A stretch of DNA of 64,000 bases, taken from assembly GCF_028641065.1 (NCBI RefSeq), contig NC_073396.1:10416001-10480000 (forward strand). Reading direction: 5' to 3'. Of this stretch, positions 61,284-64,000 are shown piece by piece. Origin of the DNA: Leucoraja erinacea (lineage: Eukaryota). The notes beneath the pieces are model-generated. The model was not told the origin of the DNA, did no database searches, and saw only the letters and a list, made by a program, of their open reading frames with translations. The position numbers and the translations under genes are program-made. The stretch's first letter is position 1; each line of letters begins with the position of its first letter.

Positions 61284-61807
61284 CCTGAGCGGAAAGGTTG
61301 GAAGCTCTCCTCAGTGGCTGTCCTGAAGAAGAGAGAGAATGCAAAGTAAATTGCATGTATATTCAAAACACAATTCTTGCACGACTCAGTGGCTCTTAAC
61401 ATTTCAGAATGGTATTAAAATGTTTTAAATGAAGGCATTTCTTTGCATGAAACCAAGTTATTTCAATGGATATGTACCGCCCTTGAGAAGCAAATGTGAT
61501 TCCTTACTCTCCGGTGAACACAAAGGTTGCTGTGAAGTCGCTCGGAGCAACAAACAGTTTGAGATCGTTCATCTGGAAATGATTTGAATGTGGTGTTGGA
61601 ACATGTGGAGACGACATCCAGCGTCACATGTTCAGGGAGTGGAGCACAGAAAATAAGCACTCGGCATCTGGACAGAGCTAAAAATGTTCTCACCATGTGT
61701 TTTAGATTTCTCAAGCAACTATATAAAAATATTTTTTGTTAACCCCATATTGCATGACAGTATTTTTCCAAACAAAAAGAACCCAGCCTTCCCGTCAAAT
61801 GTTCACG

Positions 61808-62237
61808 TAGAACATAGAACAGTGCAGAATAGGAACGGCCCCTTCAGCACACAATGTTTGTGCCAAACATGATGCCAAGTTAAACTGATCTCATCTGCCT
61901 GTACAGGGTCCATATCCCTATGTTCCCATGCTGTATCCAAAAGCCTCTTGCATGCCACTATCGTATCTGCCTCCACCGCCACGCCTGACAAAGTGTTCCA
62001 AACCCACACCACTCCCTGGGTAAAAAACTTGCCACGCACATAATAGCAATAATGCCCTTCATCAGATTAGGAGACCAAAATTGCACACAATACTCCAGGT
62101 GCAGTCTCACCAGGGCCCCGTACAACTGCAGTAAGACCTCCTTGCTCCTAAACTCAAATCCTCTCACAAAGAAGGCCAACATGCCATTAGCTTTCTTCAC
62201 TGCCTGTTTTACCTGCATGCTTACCGTCAGTGACTGA
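61808..62237 (-). mobile_element. CR1 LINE fragments
   Basis: [25 protein letters not shown]; FFTQGVVWVWNTL. Confidence 0.8.
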
Positions 62238-62805
62238 TGTACAAGTTGAGGAAGTTCAACATGTCCACAACAACTTCCACTGATGAATTCAATCGGGATG
62301 CATCATGGCATGGTTTGGGAACAGCTCCATCCAAGACTGCGAGAAATTGCAGAGAATTGTGGACACTGCCCCGGCCATCACACAAACGAACCTCCCTTCC
62401 ATTAACTCCTACACTTCACGCTGCCTCAGCAAGGCCAGCAACATAAACAAGGACAAATTTTGCTCTCTTCTCCCCTCTCCCCTCATGCAAGAGGTACAGA
62501 AGCGTGAACCTTCACTCCAGATTCAGGGACGGTTTCTTCCCAGCTGTTATCAGGCAACTGAACCATCCTATCACCAACAAGAGAGCGGCCCTGACCTACC
62601 ATCTACCTCATTGGAGACCCTCGGACTACTTTTAATTGGACTTTTGCTAGACTTTATCTAACACTAAACGTTATTCCCCTTCTCCTGTACCTGGTCAACT
62701 TGATTTTAATCATGTATAGGCTTTCCGCTGACTGGATATTATGCAACCAAACAACTTTTCAGTACCTCGGTGCATGTGACAATAAACTAAACTCACTAAA
62801 CTAAA
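62237..62805 (+). mobile_element. Rex1/Babar-like LINE 3' fragment
   Basis: LRKFNMS..MAWFGNSSIQDCEKLQRIVDTA..RCLSKASNI; tail GTGACAATAAAC. Confidence 0.75.
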
Positions 62806-63360
62806 AAAAAGACATGATGTTAGACTAAACCAATGCCAGCTGCGAGCTGAACCCCAAGAAGAGAGTTATAAAGTTGATTTTACTTTGATCAGCCAGCAAA
62901 AAGTCACACTTGCAGTAACAAATCTTGCAGGTGGGATTATTGGAGGTCCACCATAATCAGATGTTAGAGATGGCTTGCAGGAGACATACAGGCTGTAGAG
63001 GTGCCAAAGACAGACCCCCACTGACACAATGGGCCGACACCAGAACTTGGTGAAAGGTTCAGTGCGAATTACAATGTACGTCAAACTCTCATATCACATG
63101 GGAAGATGATGGAGAGGGCTATCTCACATCAGAGAATTGATCCAACGCTACCTCAGGCTGGTCACCAAAGGTGGAAGCAGATACTGGGGAGAGAAACAAT
63201 GTCTGCACAGAGCGACAATGCCACACTGGCCCCAGGAGAACTACGGCCATTGAGAACCAGATCTCGAAGGACATTGATCAATCTATTTACCTTAAGTTTT
63301 CATGTCAAAGTGAAGCCCAGAACTTTGAACTTTGTTTTGAACTTTATTTTGTAGCTTTTT

Positions 63361-63982
63361 TAGAAACATAGAAACATAGAAATTAGGTGCAGGAGTAGGC
63401 CATTCGCCCTTCGAGCCTGCACCGCCATTCAATATGATCATGGCTGATCATCCAACTCAGTATCCCGTACCTGCCTTCTCTCCATACCCTCTGATCCCCT
63501 TGGCCACATCTAACTCCCTCTTAAATATAGCCAATGAACTGTGTGTGGCCTCGACTACCCTCTGCGGCAGAGAGTTCCAAAGATTCACCACTCTCTGTGT
63601 GAAAAAAGTTCTTCTCATCTCGGTTTTAAAGGATTTCCCCCTTATCCTTAAGCTGTGACCCCTTGTCCTGGACTTCCCCAACAACGGGAGCAATCTTCCT
63701 GCATCTAGCCTGTCCAACCCCTTAAGAATGTTGTAAGTTTCTATAAGATCCCCTCTCAATCTCCTAAATTCTAGAGAGTATAAACCAAGTCTATCCAGTC
63801 TTTCTTCATAGACAGTCCCGACATCCCAGGAATCAGTCTGGTGAACCTTCTCTGCACTCCCTCTATGGCAATAATGTCCTTCCTCAGATTTGGAGACCAA
63901 AACTGTACGCAATACTCCAGGTGTGGTCTCACCAAGACCCTGCACAACTGCAGTAGAACCTCCCTGCTCCTATACTCAAATC
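63361..63982 (-). mobile_element. Young CR1/HER1 LINE 3' fragment
   Basis: ORF 63457-63945 ([41 protein letters not shown]). (CTATGTTT)n tail. Confidence 0.9.
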
Positions 63983-64000
63983 CTTTTCCTTTTTATTCCT

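Noticed and set aside
61476-61730. Possible non-coding first exon and promoter of the secreted-protein gene (candidate donor GGAGA|GTAAGG near 61507, TATA-like near 61720)
   Set aside because: Plausible given the acceptor at 61322, but the boundaries cannot be fixed from sequence alone.

Overview
Repeat-dense vertebrate genomic DNA, most likely from an elasmobranch (skate/ray-like). This is inferred from abundant HE1-type V-SINEs with CR1/HER1 LINE tails. One host gene is well supported: a minus-strand gene with three coding exons (61283-61184, 60609-60480, 58279-58072). It encodes an uncharacterised 145-aa secreted protein with a signal peptide, an N-glycosylation sequon, a coiled coil and a basic tail, and the ORF track misses it. 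The rest is mostly mobile DNA: a young 5'-truncated L1-clade LINE with an 11-bp TSD, an internally deleted Ty3/Gypsy element with a 5-bp TSD, a non-autonomous Helitron, hAT and PIF/Harbinger MITEs, and many CR1 and Rex/Babar-like fragments. The most notable signal is a high-copy, often palindromic repeat that appears to be a Penelope-like-element pseudo-LTR. It carries a minimal type-I hammerhead ribozyme core (CUGAAGA-A-GGGUC-UC-GACCC-GAAACGUC) with stem-II covariation between copies. There is one N gap and one probably mis-assembled segment (~29.9-31.65 kb). Repeat boundaries are approximate unless TSDs/TIRs are given.
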